Shown here piece after piece: positions 25,213 to 35,110 of a DNA stretch of 55,561 nucleotides (position 1 is the stretch's first letter; each line of letters begins with the position of its first letter). The stretch lies in IMG/VR virus record IMGVR_UViG_3300029705_000157; one strand, written 5' to 3'. The DNA comes from a virus. Below the pieces are notes generated by a model. It was not told where the DNA came from. It saw only the letters and a list, made by a program, of their open reading frames with translations, and did no database searches. The position numbers were made by a program, and so were the translations under genes.

Positions 25213-26448
25213 TCAATATGATATCGCACGTTTGATTTGCTCCTTTTTCTCTTCTTCGGATAGATTATCAAACGAGTAATAGCTTCTTGTAGTGGATATA
25301 TCTTTATGACCCATTTGCTTCATTATCAATCTTTCGTTCACATTTGCATTTATCAATTTAGTCGCATATGTTTTTCTCGCTTTATGTATCGATTTCGGAA
25401 CTATATTTAGTTTGTTACATATCCGATACAACTTATGCGAAAAAACATATTCTTTTATTCGATATCCGTGAGAATCTGTAAATAGATATTCCGAAAAAGG
25501 ATTTATCTTTTTTATTTCGTTAAGAATACAAATGCACTCGTCACTTATTACAACATCTCTATATCCGGCTTCCGTTTTGGGGGCTTCTCTTATTTCATAC
25601 ACTGTACTTCCATCATCAATCTTATAATGAATTTCCGTCTTTGTAATGTATATTCTTCTCCTCTTTAGATCGAAATCCTTATAAGATAATGCAGCTAATT
25701 CTCCAGAACGCAACCCCGTATGAAACGCAAGTAAAATGCCAAGATTTACGATGTTTCGCTTACAGGAATAAATATATTCAACAATTTTATTTACTTCTTC
25801 ATTTGTGAATACTTCTTTTGAATCTGTGCGATATACTTTTTTAAATAGTTTAGATGATAATTCCAAATCGCCCATAAAATTAGTTATACTTATTTTTGTG
25901 TACCCTTTTTTCTTTGCGTATTTGAATAATCCAACTATAATAATCCGTAGGTTTCCCCATGCCTTTGCGGTCAATTGTTTTTCATGTATAGTTTGTCTAA
26001 TGAAGTCTTCAAGTTCGTCTTCTGTGATATATTGAAATCTTATTTTTGATATTTTTGAACCATCTATAAATCGGTTAAAATCCATTTCGTATCTATCATA
26101 TGTCTGCTTTTGTATTTCTCCATACTTCAATTTTCCATCAATCCATTCATAAAATACTCTTTTTAAATATGGTGCGTTTTCGGATTCTTTGTAATGGTTT
26201 ACAACAGCATCAATGATAGATGATTCTGTTTTTCTTTTTATCAGCCGCCTTCCTCTATTATATTTTTCATCTGGAAGATACGTGTACCAACTACCGTCTT
26301 TTCCTTTCCAGATTTCATTTTGGTGCATTTCCAGATATTTCAATCTTTCATTCATTTCAATCTGCTTCTGGATGGTGTTAATATCAATCATACCATTATC
26401 GATTGCATATTTCAATAATTCACTATTTGATAATTCCATCAACACCAC
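25213..26448 (-). CDS. int: Tyrosine recombinase (phage integrase)
   Basis: Catalytic-region motifs HTGLRSGELAAL, HKARKTYATKL and MGHKDISTTRSYY (R..H-x-x-R..H..Y). Confidence 0.9.
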   Translation of the reverse strand: MVLMELSNSELLKYAIDNGMIDINTIQKQIEMNERLKYLEMHQNEIWKGKDGSWYTYLPDEKYNRGRRLIKRKTESSIIDAVVNHYKESENAPYLKRVFYEWIDGKLKYGEIQKQTYDRYEMDFNRFIDGSKISKIRFQYITEDELEDFIRQTIHEKQLTAKAWGNLRIIIVGLFKYAKKKGYTKISITNFMGDLELSSKLFKKVYRTDSKEVFTNEEVNKIVEYIYSCKRNIVNLGILLAFHTGLRSGELAALSYKDFDLKRRRIYITKTEIHYKIDDGSTVYEIREAPKTEAGYRDVVISDECICILNEIKKINPFSEYLFTDSHGYRIKEYVFSHKLYRICNKLNIVPKSIHKARKTYATKLINANVNERLIMKQMGHKDISTTRSYYSFDNLSEEEKKEQIKRAISY

Positions 26449-26452
26449 CCTT

Positions 26453-26662
26453 TCACAGTTTTTGTAATTTAAAGCATATTGTCTTTATCCTGTTAGATAC
26501 AGTTCCAACAGAAATATTGCATTCAAATGCAATTCTCTCTTTGTTTCTACCTTTTGACAAATGAAAGAAAACAAATTCTTCATCATCAGTCAAATTTAAT
26601 TGTTCCTTTAAAGATTCAAGTTCCGGCTTAGTCAATGAGGATAAATATTTTCCTAATCTCAT
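26453..26662 (-). CDS. Small HTH protein (sigma region-4/LuxR-like; regulator or excisionase candidate)
   Basis: ERIAFECNISVGTVSNRIKTI helix-turn-helix. Confidence 0.4.
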   Translation of the reverse strand: MRLGKYLSSLTKPELESLKEQLNLTDDEEFVFFHLSKGRNKERIAFECNISVGTVSNRIKTICFKLQKL

Positions 26663-26677
26663 AAGCCATTATTCCTT

Positions 26678-27202
26678 TCAGTTGTTAAAAATCACATTGT
26701 TTAGATTTTTTATGTAATCTCTGTGTAACAGAGTGTTTGGACTGCGATTAGCCTTTTCCAGATTGCTCAATCTTGTGTCATAACACTGTTTGCATAATTT
26801 TTTCCCGTCTATTGCACTGTCCTTTCCGCAAGAAATGCACAATCCCATTGAAACTCTTAATTGTCTTGAAGTTTTTTCATTTCTTTTATTGTTATTTCTT
26901 TGATTTTTTATATAATGATCAATACAATAAACCTTGCTCTTTTTGCATACAGTTTTTCCACAAAACACACACAAACCATTACTTTTTCTATCAGAATATA
27001 AATTTTTCTTATATTCCTTGTTTTTCTGCAATCGCAAGGTTTTTTCATCATCTGTTTCTGCCCTTATTCTTTTTCTTGACGATTCAGAATTTTTTTCTAA
27101 ACATTCAAAACATCGTACTCTTCCTTTTGCGGCATTGTTTTGACCGCATGATACACATATTCCATTTTGTTTGTAGAAGTCGTAAAGTGCTTTATGTGAC
27201 AT
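26678..27202 (-). CDS. Protein with three Zn-ribbon repeats
   Basis: CVSCGQ..RVRCFEC, CVFCGK..KVYCIDH and CISCGK..KLCKQC. Confidence 0.4.
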   Translation of the reverse strand: MSHKALYDFYKQNGICVSCGQNNAAKGRVRCFECLEKNSESSRKRIRAETDDEKTLRLQKNKEYKKNLYSDRKSNGLCVFCGKTVCKKSKVYCIDHYIKNQRNNNKRNEKTSRQLRVSMGLCISCGKDSAIDGKKLCKQCYDTRLSNLEKANRSPNTLLHRDYIKNLNNVIFNN

Positions 27203-27255
27203 CTTTATATCGGGGCAAAATCATGATTTATTGTCCGGACAAATCCCATTTCCCC

Positions 27256-27489
27256 TTATAATTTTTTTCGTTCTTCTTCTTTGGCATCTAATATCGCCAT
27301 AGCTAATTTAGCTGGAAATATACCGTCGGTAACTCCCTTGTACTTATCACAAAAATCATTTGATTCTCTTATAAATGAATCCCAATACTCGTCAGTATTA
27401 TCTGGAATCCAGTATTTTTGACACAACGCCCAAAAGTCAGTAAACATTCTCCATTCCTCTGAGCCTTTTTCAAATCTCATTCCAGCCAC
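27256..27489 (-). CDS. Hypothetical protein
   Basis: 77-aa ORF, co-oriented. Confidence 0.35.
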   Translation of the reverse strand: MAGMRFEKGSEEWRMFTDFWALCQKYWIPDNTDEYWDSFIRESNDFCDKYKGVTDGIFPAKLAMAILDAKEEERKKL

Positions 27490-27497
27490 ATGATCAC

Positions 27498-28025
27498 CTA
27501 TCCTAACTTCAATTCAAGAAACATTGCAGCATCGGAAAAACCATTGCTATTCAGTTCTTCGATTACTGTGGATAACTTGCATCTGTCAGCCATATCAACT
27601 GTAACTTCATAGCTGTTCTGATTTGCTCCAATAGCATCAGAATCAAGATTCATGTCGTATCTCTCATTAAGGTCTTTTGCGTAATCTTCCAAACTAACAT
27701 AATGCTGTCCAAGCCAGTCAAAATCCATCGCTTGTAATGCAATCTCATTGTACTTATTTCGGAATCTTCTTAATCGGTATTTTCCGAATCCAAATTCTTC
27801 ATGCAGTGCGTAAAGTGTTGCTGTCAGCATGTTATTGTAAATGTTTTCTTTTATGCTTTCCGACCACTTGTTAATTTTTTCTGTGGTAACAGTAACAGGA
27901 ACTTTCAATAATCCTCTCATTCGGATTTCTCTGTCAAGTTCTTCAATGCCTTTTTCCTTGACAATATTTCTTGCACGAATCATTCCGTGCATGGTCCATT
28001 CAAAAATTTTGTCTGTTTTTGCCAT
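27498..28025 (-). CDS. Hypothetical protein
   Basis: 175-aa ORF, co-oriented. Confidence 0.4.
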   Translation of the reverse strand: MAKTDKIFEWTMHGMIRARNIVKEKGIEELDREIRMRGLLKVPVTVTTEKINKWSESIKENIYNNMLTATLYALHEEFGFGKYRLRRFRNKYNEIALQAMDFDWLGQHYVSLEDYAKDLNERYDMNLDSDAIGANQNSYEVTVDMADRCKLSTVIEELNSNGFSDAAMFLELKLG

Positions 28026-28034
28026 GTTGTTCTC

Positions 28035-29215
28035 CTAATATTTAATATTCAAATTTCCATGTTCATTAATCCAGTCGATCACTTCTTTGTAATTTAAGCC
28101 GCCTTGTTCACAAGGCCGCATAATGTAATCATATTGTTTCGGATGCGTTTCTTTCATTCTCACAAATCTGTCATCACCACGAATATGAGCACCAAACCCG
28201 CAAAACATACATCCGGTTCTTTTACAACCAGTCGTTTTCAGTATTGGTATTCCAATATCAAACACACCTAAATCGCTTGATAATTCGGACATATCCATCT
28301 GACCGTCCAGCTGTCCCATTGATTTATAATCCTTGACAATTTCACCGTAAACAGATGCTATTGGAATATTGTTTTCATAAATATACAAAAGAACATCTTG
28401 TTCAGTCCAAAACGACATCGGTTTACTTTCTGAATGTTTAGAGTTAAAAGAATTACATCCAAATTGTAACCATTTTTGTGTCCTCAGTCTGCTTTCCGTT
28501 GCCATTGTTGCAATAATTGGTTTTCTTCCTGTTTTTCTTTCGTATTTATTAGCTGGGGACTTTTTCATTATGTTGCAACAATTGTCTGATATATCAAATG
28601 GAGATTCTAATAAAAACTCATATTTCCTCATTGAAAATTGACTTCTATCTGCTGTGTGGTTAGGGATAATCGCCTTTCCTGTTTTGCTTAACATCCCTAA
28701 GATAATTGCTACTCTCTGTGGACTTCCTTTCGTCTTTCCCCAATCTTTGTTTAGAATATTCGCCAATTCCGCATACTCTTCTATAGTTGTAGGAATACGG
28801 AAGCCTGGGTCTGTCTGTCTGTCTGTCTGTCTGTCAAAATTCTAAGATATTTTTTCGCTCCGTCAACATTGTTAGAAACTTCTTTTGAAATAAATGGATA
28901 GCCATATTTATGAATGACTTCTTTAAAATTCATCTTCGGTTTAACAACATCCACATTATCAAAATTTTTTACGAACTGTCTTATTTCTGGATATTCAAGA
29001 CCAGTATCAATAAATACAGCTTTAATATTAGGATACATTTTTCTTGCAATATCAAGCAAAACTGTGCTGTCTTTTCCACCAGAAAAACTTATGTACACCC
29101 CATCTATTCCGTATTCTTCCACCCATTCTTTAATCCTGAGTTTTGTTTTCTCGATCTTCACGGATAATGGCAATGATTGTAGAATCTGCAATTCTTGTAA
29201 TGTGTGCTTAGCCAT
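28035..29215 (-). pseudogene. PAPS reductase-like (PP-loop ATPase, IbrA-like) gene split by a frameshift inside a (GACA)n tract
   Basis: The N-terminal ORF (28781..29215) carries SFSGGKDS. The C-terminal frame (28035.., open back to the repeat) carries DISDNCCNIMKKSP, ATMATESRLR, GCNSF and FWTEQDV. One extra 4-nt unit fuses the two frames. Confidence 0.75.
28809..28835 (-). repeat. Tetranucleotide simple sequence repeat (GTCT)6.75 on the plus strand, (GACA)n on the coding strand
   Basis: gtctgtctgtctgtctgtctgtctgtc read directly. It encodes TDRQTDRQT in the upstream frame. Confidence 0.95.
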
Positions 29216-29226
29216 AACTCCTCCTA

Positions 29227-31038
29227 TTAATTAAACGGTGTTTCTTCATTAGGTACAACAAATCCATCACCTTTGTACCATCCGTATTCCTTATGAAGAT
29301 TATCCCCGTCACCATATATTCTTTTTGATCGTTCATCATAATTCAGTGTGTAACCAGTTGTACACGTTTTACCAAATACTCTGTTCTTTGAAACCTTGCA
29401 TAATCTTTGGGATTCTGATATTTCCGAATCTTTTCCGTAAGAAATTACTATGGACGCAAGATTTATAATGTCAGCAGAACCACTTGTTTCATCATTCTCA
29501 TTTGTAGAAAAATTGTTTTTTCTCTTATGAGCAACCAATATAATCCACGCTCCATGCCTAAGTGCCATTCTTGCCAGTTTCTTTACGAATAGACTTTGAC
29601 GTTCATATTTATCAGAACCATGAGATTCTTCCAAATCAATCGCCGTCATAAGGTTATCCAGCAATACAACGTCAACCCCATATTGCATAATTACATTTTC
29701 TGTAGTCGTTATAAGACTCTCTTTCTCGTCACCGTCGATTATGGAATTGTCGTATAAAAAGCATCTGTCACGATACCATGCAGCGATTTCAGATTTGTTT
29801 GTTTTGGAAACTCTGTAACCTTTATCGCCCCATCTATTCTCAAAATCCGTAACGTGATACGGACCGGCAATTTGGAAATCAATCCAAGACTTAAAAAGAT
29901 AATTTGGAAGTTCGCCGGAATAAGCAAAACATTTATGTTCCTGTTCCAATGAGTTAATCAGAATCTGACTTGCAAGAGTACTCTTACCTTCGCCAGGCTT
30001 ACCATGTATAATAATCACGCCGCCAGCCGGTAATCCGCCGTATAACAGCTTGTCGATTTGATTTATTCCTGTTGCCAGTTTTGGAATTTCGAAAATATCC
30101 ACATCTTCCACATCCGCAAGGTCTATAACCCGTTTCATCGGAACCACAATGGCATTTTCAACACATTGTTTGACTTGCTCCGCTCCATATTTCTGCAAGA
30201 TTTCATTCGCATCTTTGCAGTCCTTGTAATCCTCGTATCTTACGTGCTTAACCTTTGTTTTTAAACGTCTTGACAATTCTTCTAGCAAAGACATCTTTCC
30301 ATTTTCATAATCACCAAACACGATCATTTCTTCAAACTTGTTTATCCAGTTCCAACAATAGGGCAACCATGTAAATCCCTGTGCCCCTGTTGGAACCGAT
30401 ACTGCATTATTTATTCCAGCCGTTGAAACAGATAACGAATCAATCTGACCTTCGCATACAATAAGCCTTGTAAAATCTTTGCATTGCTTCATTCCGAATA
30501 AAATCGGCTTGCAGTCAGCTTCGCACCATTCCTTGTTTTTATCCTTTGTCTTATCAAAATCCGTCTTGCGATATTTCACAAATTGCATCTTGCCTTTTTC
30601 GTCATAGAATGGAAAAACAAGAATATTCGGTTTGTTGTTCCATGTGGTTATCTCATACTCTTTTGCAACTGCTTCCGATATTGCACGACTTTCCAAATAT
30701 GTAACTGCTTCTGATTTTGGAACTATTGGTTTTTCTGGAGTTTTCAAAGTACGATATTTTTTTCGTGGTCTGTAATATTCGTCCACCTGTTGACCTAGCG
30801 AAAAATCAAAGTCTTTCGCAAGTGTAATCATATTTCCAGTAACACCGCATGAAGCACGTAAACATTTATATTGACCTGTTTTAAGGTTTATGGAAAATGT
30901 ACCCTTATCTTTTTTTGAACCACCTCTACAATAGGGGCAATAGGTAAATCTTAATTCATCTCCATTTCTTCTTGCTGAACCACCTGTTTCTCTTACAAAT
31001 CTGTACGCATCATCTTGGTTAAATTCATAAATACTCAT
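29227..31038 (-). CDS. Bifunctional primase-helicase (Zn finger + Toprim + RecA-fold/DnaB-like ATPase)
   Basis: CPYCRGGSKKDKGTFSIN...CLRASCG zinc finger, Toprim LIVCEGQIDSLS, Walker A HGKPGEGKST. Confidence 0.85.
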   Translation of the reverse strand: MSIYEFNQDDAYRFVRETGGSARRNGDELRFTYCPYCRGGSKKDKGTFSINLKTGQYKCLRASCGVTGNMITLAKDFDFSLGQQVDEYYRPRKKYRTLKTPEKPIVPKSEAVTYLESRAISEAVAKEYEITTWNNKPNILVFPFYDEKGKMQFVKYRKTDFDKTKDKNKEWCEADCKPILFGMKQCKDFTRLIVCEGQIDSLSVSTAGINNAVSVPTGAQGFTWLPYCWNWINKFEEMIVFGDYENGKMSLLEELSRRLKTKVKHVRYEDYKDCKDANEILQKYGAEQVKQCVENAIVVPMKRVIDLADVEDVDIFEIPKLATGINQIDKLLYGGLPAGGVIIIHGKPGEGKSTLASQILINSLEQEHKCFAYSGELPNYLFKSWIDFQIAGPYHVTDFENRWGDKGYRVSKTNKSEIAAWYRDRCFLYDNSIIDGDEKESLITTTENVIMQYGVDVVLLDNLMTAIDLEESHGSDKYERQSLFVKKLARMALRHGAWIILVAHKRKNNFSTNENDETSGSADIINLASIVISYGKDSEISESQRLCKVSKNRVFGKTCTTGYTLNYDERSKRIYGDGDNLHKEYGWYKGDGFVVPNEETPFN

Positions 31039-31844
31039 TGTATCAACTCGCCTTCAAAGTTACTCCAATAATCAAGTGCCGGTTCATCATCTTCTGTATT
31101 TTGACTCTGAATCACTGGCTTATTATTAGTCTCGTAATTTTCGTCCAAATAATCCACATATCCACCGTTAAAAAACGTGCTGCCGTGTTTCCAGTATTTC
31201 TTGTCTGTATCTTTATTCTCCGCAGAGTATCGTTCAATACACCTTGAAAGTCTCTCAAAGCCCTCTTTAAGCAGTTTTTTCTTTTGGGTAAGAGAAACAT
31301 CGGCTTTGCCTTTTTTGTTTGGATACAACGCCCACAAACGCTCAAATAAGGCTTCTGATTCGTCTTTACTTACATCTTTCTTCTTTTGTGCTGTAACTGC
31401 CTTTTTCGGTTCTTCTTTCTTCATTGCACGTTTCTTGGCTTGATACTCTCTGTCATATTCCAGCTTCTTATTGTAGGCATCCAGCGATTGATATTTGTTC
31501 CAGTTCGGAATAGAAATAACACCATCCACAATTTCAATCATTCCGTAATTCTCAAACACTTCAATCGCCGTCTGCACAATCGTTACATTTCTATGGAATA
31601 TCGTTGCCAAATCTTCAACTGAATACGGCTTGCCGTTTTTCATACAGAAAACACCGCCATTATTCTGTTTTCCAGCAAAGGTGAGCATTTTGAACCAGAT
31701 TATTTCGATACTGTCTTTATCATCTCTGTTGTCGATCAAAAGCATTTTTTCATCTTCAAAAATACCCATTGAAATTTTAATCCATTTATCGGTTGCCATC
31801 ATCATTCCACCTTTACAAAGTGTTTCATCATTGATTCTTTCCAT
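31035..31844 (-). CDS. Phage replisome organizer (DnaD-like N-terminal domain)
   Basis: WIKISMGIFEDEKMLLID...IIWFKMLTFAGKQNNGGVF pattern. The start is probably at one of the MMM codons after AAAGGTGGA (about 31799-31805). Confidence 0.65.
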   Translation of the reverse strand: MERINDETLCKGGMMMATDKWIKISMGIFEDEKMLLIDNRDDKDSIEIIWFKMLTFAGKQNNGGVFCMKNGKPYSVEDLATIFHRNVTIVQTAIEVFENYGMIEIVDGVISIPNWNKYQSLDAYNKKLEYDREYQAKKRAMKKEEPKKAVTAQKKKDVSKDESEALFERLWALYPNKKGKADVSLTQKKKLLKEGFERLSRCIERYSAENKDTDKKYWKHGSTFFNGGYVDYLDENYETNNKPVIQSQNTEDDEPALDYWSNFEGELIQ

Positions 31845-32254
31845 TTTGGTGCTGGTTGCTTGTACGGTTCAGGAAGTGGATGCCATGCAACTATATCAAC
31901 AAGAACTGGGTCACCATTATCATCCCATAACCATATATTTTCATCATAATCATAATAAACAAAGGCATCACACAATGGTCTTTTATCGAATATACTTAAA
32001 TACGTTGCGATTACTGTTTCAGATATTTTCGTTCTGTTTTTGCGTTCCGGCAACCTCTCACTGCATGGAATCCATTTATCTGTTTTTGTCATTCCTTCAA
32101 TCAATTCAATAATTGCTTCACATTCGTCTGCTAATCGTAAAATCATTTCTTCCGTACTAATATTGTATATATTTCCATTTAAGTCACACGAATCTTGAAT
32201 ATGATTTTTAGCTCTTATCTTCAATAATTCAATCAACTTTTTTTCATCAATCAT
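31802..32254 (-). CDS. DUF551-like protein
   Basis: C-terminal DKWIPCSERLPE...AWHPLPEPYK. Confidence 0.45.
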   Translation of the reverse strand: MIDEKKLIELLKIRAKNHIQDSCDLNGNIYNISTEEMILRLADECEAIIELIEGMTKTDKWIPCSERLPERKNRTKISETVIATYLSIFDKRPLCDAFVYYDYDENIWLWDDNGDPVLVDIVAWHPLPEPYKQPAPKWKESMMKHFVKVE

Positions 32255-32558
32255 ACCCCAGCACCTCTTTTATTATTTCGATTGCGTTATCCAAAAGCAA
32301 TGAACTGCGATAATCTTCACCATCAAGGTATATTTTGTATTCCTTCAAATATTCTTGTCGAATCGCTTCCAACCGTTCCAGCACATCATCAACTGGTTTT
32401 CGGGTGTTCCAACGTGCAACAGCTTCTTTATCGTCAACTTCAAAACACAAATGTTGTAGAATACAACCATTTATCTTGTGTGCAAAATAATGACCTTTTC
32501 CAACAACTTCCGCTTCCCCACCGCAGAATGGACATCTTTTCAGTTTAGTTTCGCCCAT
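32247..32558 (-). CDS. Lar-family-like restriction alleviation protein
   Basis: LKRCPFCGGEAEV...EAVARWNTRKP matches the Lar-family pattern as I recall it. Confidence 0.5.
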   Translation of the reverse strand: MGETKLKRCPFCGGEAEVVGKGHYFAHKINGCILQHLCFEVDDKEAVARWNTRKPVDDVLERLEAIRQEYLKEYKIYLDGEDYRSSLLLDNAIEIIKEVLGYD

Positions 32559-32851
32559 TCTTCCACCTTCTTTCTCATATCCGCACCGCAGTTCGGGCAG
32601 AACTTAGTTTGACCAAGCGCTGTAGCGCAGTTGCATTCCGAACAGCGATACACCGGAAAAACCGTACTCATTTCAAACTTCCACTCCCCATGAACCACAG
32701 GCTTTGCTTCGATTGTAGGCTGTTCTTTGATGATTTCTTCCGTAACTATAAAACCTTCTGCCAAACCGACAGGATTAAATGCTTTTTTTTCTGCCAGAAC
32801 ATACTTCTTTTCCATAGCTTTAATCAATGCACTTCTGCTTATTAAATCCAT
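32540..32851 (-). CDS. Zn-ribbon hypothetical protein
   Basis: CSECNC...CPNCGADM. Confidence 0.35.
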   Translation of the reverse strand: MDLISRSALIKAMEKKYVLAEKKAFNPVGLAEGFIVTEEIIKEQPTIEAKPVVHGEWKFEMSTVFPVYRCSECNCATALGQTKFCPNCGADMRKKVEEWAKLN

Positions 32852-32865
32852 ACTATTCCCCCTTT

Positions 32866-33087
32866 TTATAATTCGATATTATCATCAAACATTTTCCTCA
32901 AACTGTATGGCGATTCGCTTTCAAGTCCATTCGACAAGTTGTCGCATTCTTCCGTGTGTTCGCATATGTCGCAATCAATATTTATTGATTTACAATATTC
33001 GCATAATTCAAGTAGTTTCATACTATTCCCCCATTTCTGCCAGTGCCGCTTCCGCATCTTCTTTGGTGAGAAATATCGTTTTGCCAA
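32866..33087 (-). CDS. Small Cys-rich hypothetical protein
   Basis: 73-aa ORF with CEYC..CDIC. Confidence 0.3.
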   Translation of the reverse strand: MAKRYFSPKKMRKRHWQKWGNSMKLLELCEYCKSINIDCDICEHTEECDNLSNGLESESPYSLRKMFDDNIEL

Positions 33088-33496
33088 AGTCTTTTCTATG
33101 ACTGCAAATGTAATCCAACTCAGCTACAAAAGTGAATATTTCAAGAAATTGTTTTTCACAAATTGGTTTATCAGCATATCTCGGAATGTCTATTATATCA
33201 CCTTTACTACACATTGAATCCATACCATAGAAATCAGAATAATGTTCACAATCTGAACAAGCATCTGTATTATTTATGATTTTGTGAACTTCTGTATTTG
33301 GCGCACACGGCAATATCCAGAGCAAACCCTGTTCTTCAAGGTCTTCGTATTCGGCGAGTTTACTCCATGCCAATTCTTCCCATTTACATCCGTATGCACA
33401 ATTTCCAACTACTTCGTGACACTCTTTACTATTAAAATGAGTGCAACACACACCATTTTCATGTGTTGTCTTTCCATACTTTGTCAATCTTTCCAT
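33023..33496 (-). CDS. Cys-rich hypothetical protein
   Basis: 157-aa ORF. Confidence 0.35.
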   Translation of the reverse strand: MERLTKYGKTTHENGVCCTHFNSKECHEVVGNCAYGCKWEELAWSKLAEYEDLEEQGLLWILPCAPNTEVHKIINNTDACSDCEHYSDFYGMDSMCSKGDIIDIPRYADKPICEKQFLEIFTFVAELDYICSHRKDFGKTIFLTKEDAEAALAEMGE

Positions 33497-33793
33497 TTAC
33501 AATACCCTCAACCTTTCTTTCGCCACAAATTGACAACCACATACTTTGCAATCAAAAGCATCGTACAATTTAGGTTCCTTATTTTCTCCGCTCATTGCAC
33601 CAGCTAAACCACCGGTCTTTTCCGTGGCATAAACGATGTATTTATCGGAAACTCTTGGAATAATTTTACTTCCGCAAATTTTGCACTCATACGTTTTAGG
33701 CGTATCCATATTCGGAATAAAAGGTGTTCTTTTCTTTGACCAGTTACTCATAGGTTTCACACTCCTTTTCCTCCAAAACATCTTTTTCCTCAT
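33497..33793 (-). CDS. Zn-ribbon hypothetical protein
   Basis: CKICGSK...CKVCGCQ. Confidence 0.35.
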   Translation of the reverse strand: MRKKMFWRKRSVKPMSNWSKKRTPFIPNMDTPKTYECKICGSKIIPRVSDKYIVYATEKTGGLAGAMSGENKEPKLYDAFDCKVCGCQFVAKERLRVL

Positions 33794-33910
33794 TCAGCAA
33801 CTGCACGATTTTACATTTACCTTTTTCAACACCTGTGCATTTCCCAACACACATCTTTTTACAGTAATTTTCAAGGAACGATGCAGCACGTATTGTTTTG
33901 TCTTTTAGTT

Positions 33911-34909
33911 TCATGTAACTATTTCCTTTCTATCCATAAGCTGTTTTATTGTCAGACCATCTGCCCATGGCGTATAGTCCATGAAATCACAAGATTTAAA
34001 AACAAATCTGTTATTGCACCATCTTTGCAAATGTCTCAAGATATGATTCTTTGGAAGGCTATTCTTTCTGTATATGCGAACATCTGGAAGATAACCTAAT
34101 TCTCTTACAGTTTTGATTCTGTAAATGTCTTGATCGAAAGTGGTGTCATAATTCGTAAGAATATAAACGATCATTTTGTTTTCATTAACAAACAGTTTTT
34201 CTTTTACTTTCTTCAATCCATCGACAATCTTCTTTTCATTCTTCATGGTATCAAAAGCAAAATGAATTCTTTTGATCTTTATTTTGTTTAAAATCTCCAA
34301 ATTATTGTCATTTACAAACTTTGCATCAAGGCCTTGTGTAAAATCCACAAACGCTCCACTTTCCGATAATTGATTAAGCAAATACATGTGTTCCTTGCAA
34401 GCCAGAATATTGGGATCTAATAGTTTTATAAATTTCTGTCCATTCCAAAACTCATATAAATCAGCAACCCTTTTAGAGCATCTACCTTCCTTTTTGCTGA
34501 CAATGCAAAAATCGCAGTTATTGCAGCAACCTCTTGTTAAAAAACCGTAAGCTGTATTTTTGGTGTGTTCTGGATAAATGGAATAGTCTGGAAACATATG
34601 TTCAATTTCATCATTAAGATTTTTATGATTAGCATGATCAAAAATTTCAACACCAGATTCAACATTTATAAAATAGCCTGTACCACCTTTTACAATCTTT
34701 TTAGCATTCACATGATACGGATAGTCTTGTGTGTATTCCGCGCCAAATACTTTTGACATATACACAACATCTAACGGCTCACCCATTCCATGTATCAATG
34801 GTTCATACCACGCAACCTCATCACCTTTTTGTTTGTGCCATGCAGATATTTTCATCAGTGGAATGCTTGGAAAGTTGTGTCCATCAACATCTATTAGACC
34901 AATTTTCAT
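33911..34909 (-). CDS. Radical SAM enzyme of unknown function
   Basis: CxxxCxxC cluster motif in GFLTRGCCNNCDFCIV. GGGGAGG lies before the ATG of MKIGLIDVDGH. Confidence 0.6.
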   Translation of the reverse strand: MKIGLIDVDGHNFPSIPLMKISAWHKQKGDEVAWYEPLIHGMGEPLDVVYMSKVFGAEYTQDYPYHVNAKKIVKGGTGYFINVESGVEIFDHANHKNLNDEIEHMFPDYSIYPEHTKNTAYGFLTRGCCNNCDFCIVSKKEGRCSKRVADLYEFWNGQKFIKLLDPNILACKEHMYLLNQLSESGAFVDFTQGLDAKFVNDNNLEILNKIKIKRIHFAFDTMKNEKKIVDGLKKVKEKLFVNENKMIVYILTNYDTTFDQDIYRIKTVRELGYLPDVRIYRKNSLPKNHILRHLQRWCNNRFVFKSCDFMDYTPWADGLTIKQLMDRKEIVT

Positions 34910-35091
34910 GTAACCTCCCCACATTTCCAGCTTTTCGGGCAAGTGCTAAAATTTCTTCCACACAGTTTAATTAATTTGCACTCGTCACAATCCTTGATTT
35001 TCTTTGTGTATTCCGACAATCCCGATATGTATTCTTTTAACATCTTCGATTCAAATTCGGGCGTTGTCTGTTCGTTGATAATCTCTATCAT
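34906..35091 (-). CDS. Small Cys-containing hypothetical protein
   Basis: 61-aa ORF. Confidence 0.3.
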   Translation of the reverse strand: MIEIINEQTTPEFESKMLKEYISGLSEYTKKIKDCDECKLIKLCGRNFSTCPKSWKCGEVT

Positions 35092-35110
35092 GGAATCACT
35101 CCTTTACAAA

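Noticed and set aside
28809-28835. (GTCT)n frameshift as a pure sequencing or assembly error
   Set aside because: This cannot be excluded without reads. However, tetranucleotide tracts are not typical error hotspots, and both flanking frames are cleanly open into the repeat, so it is kept as a finding and flagged for read-level verification.
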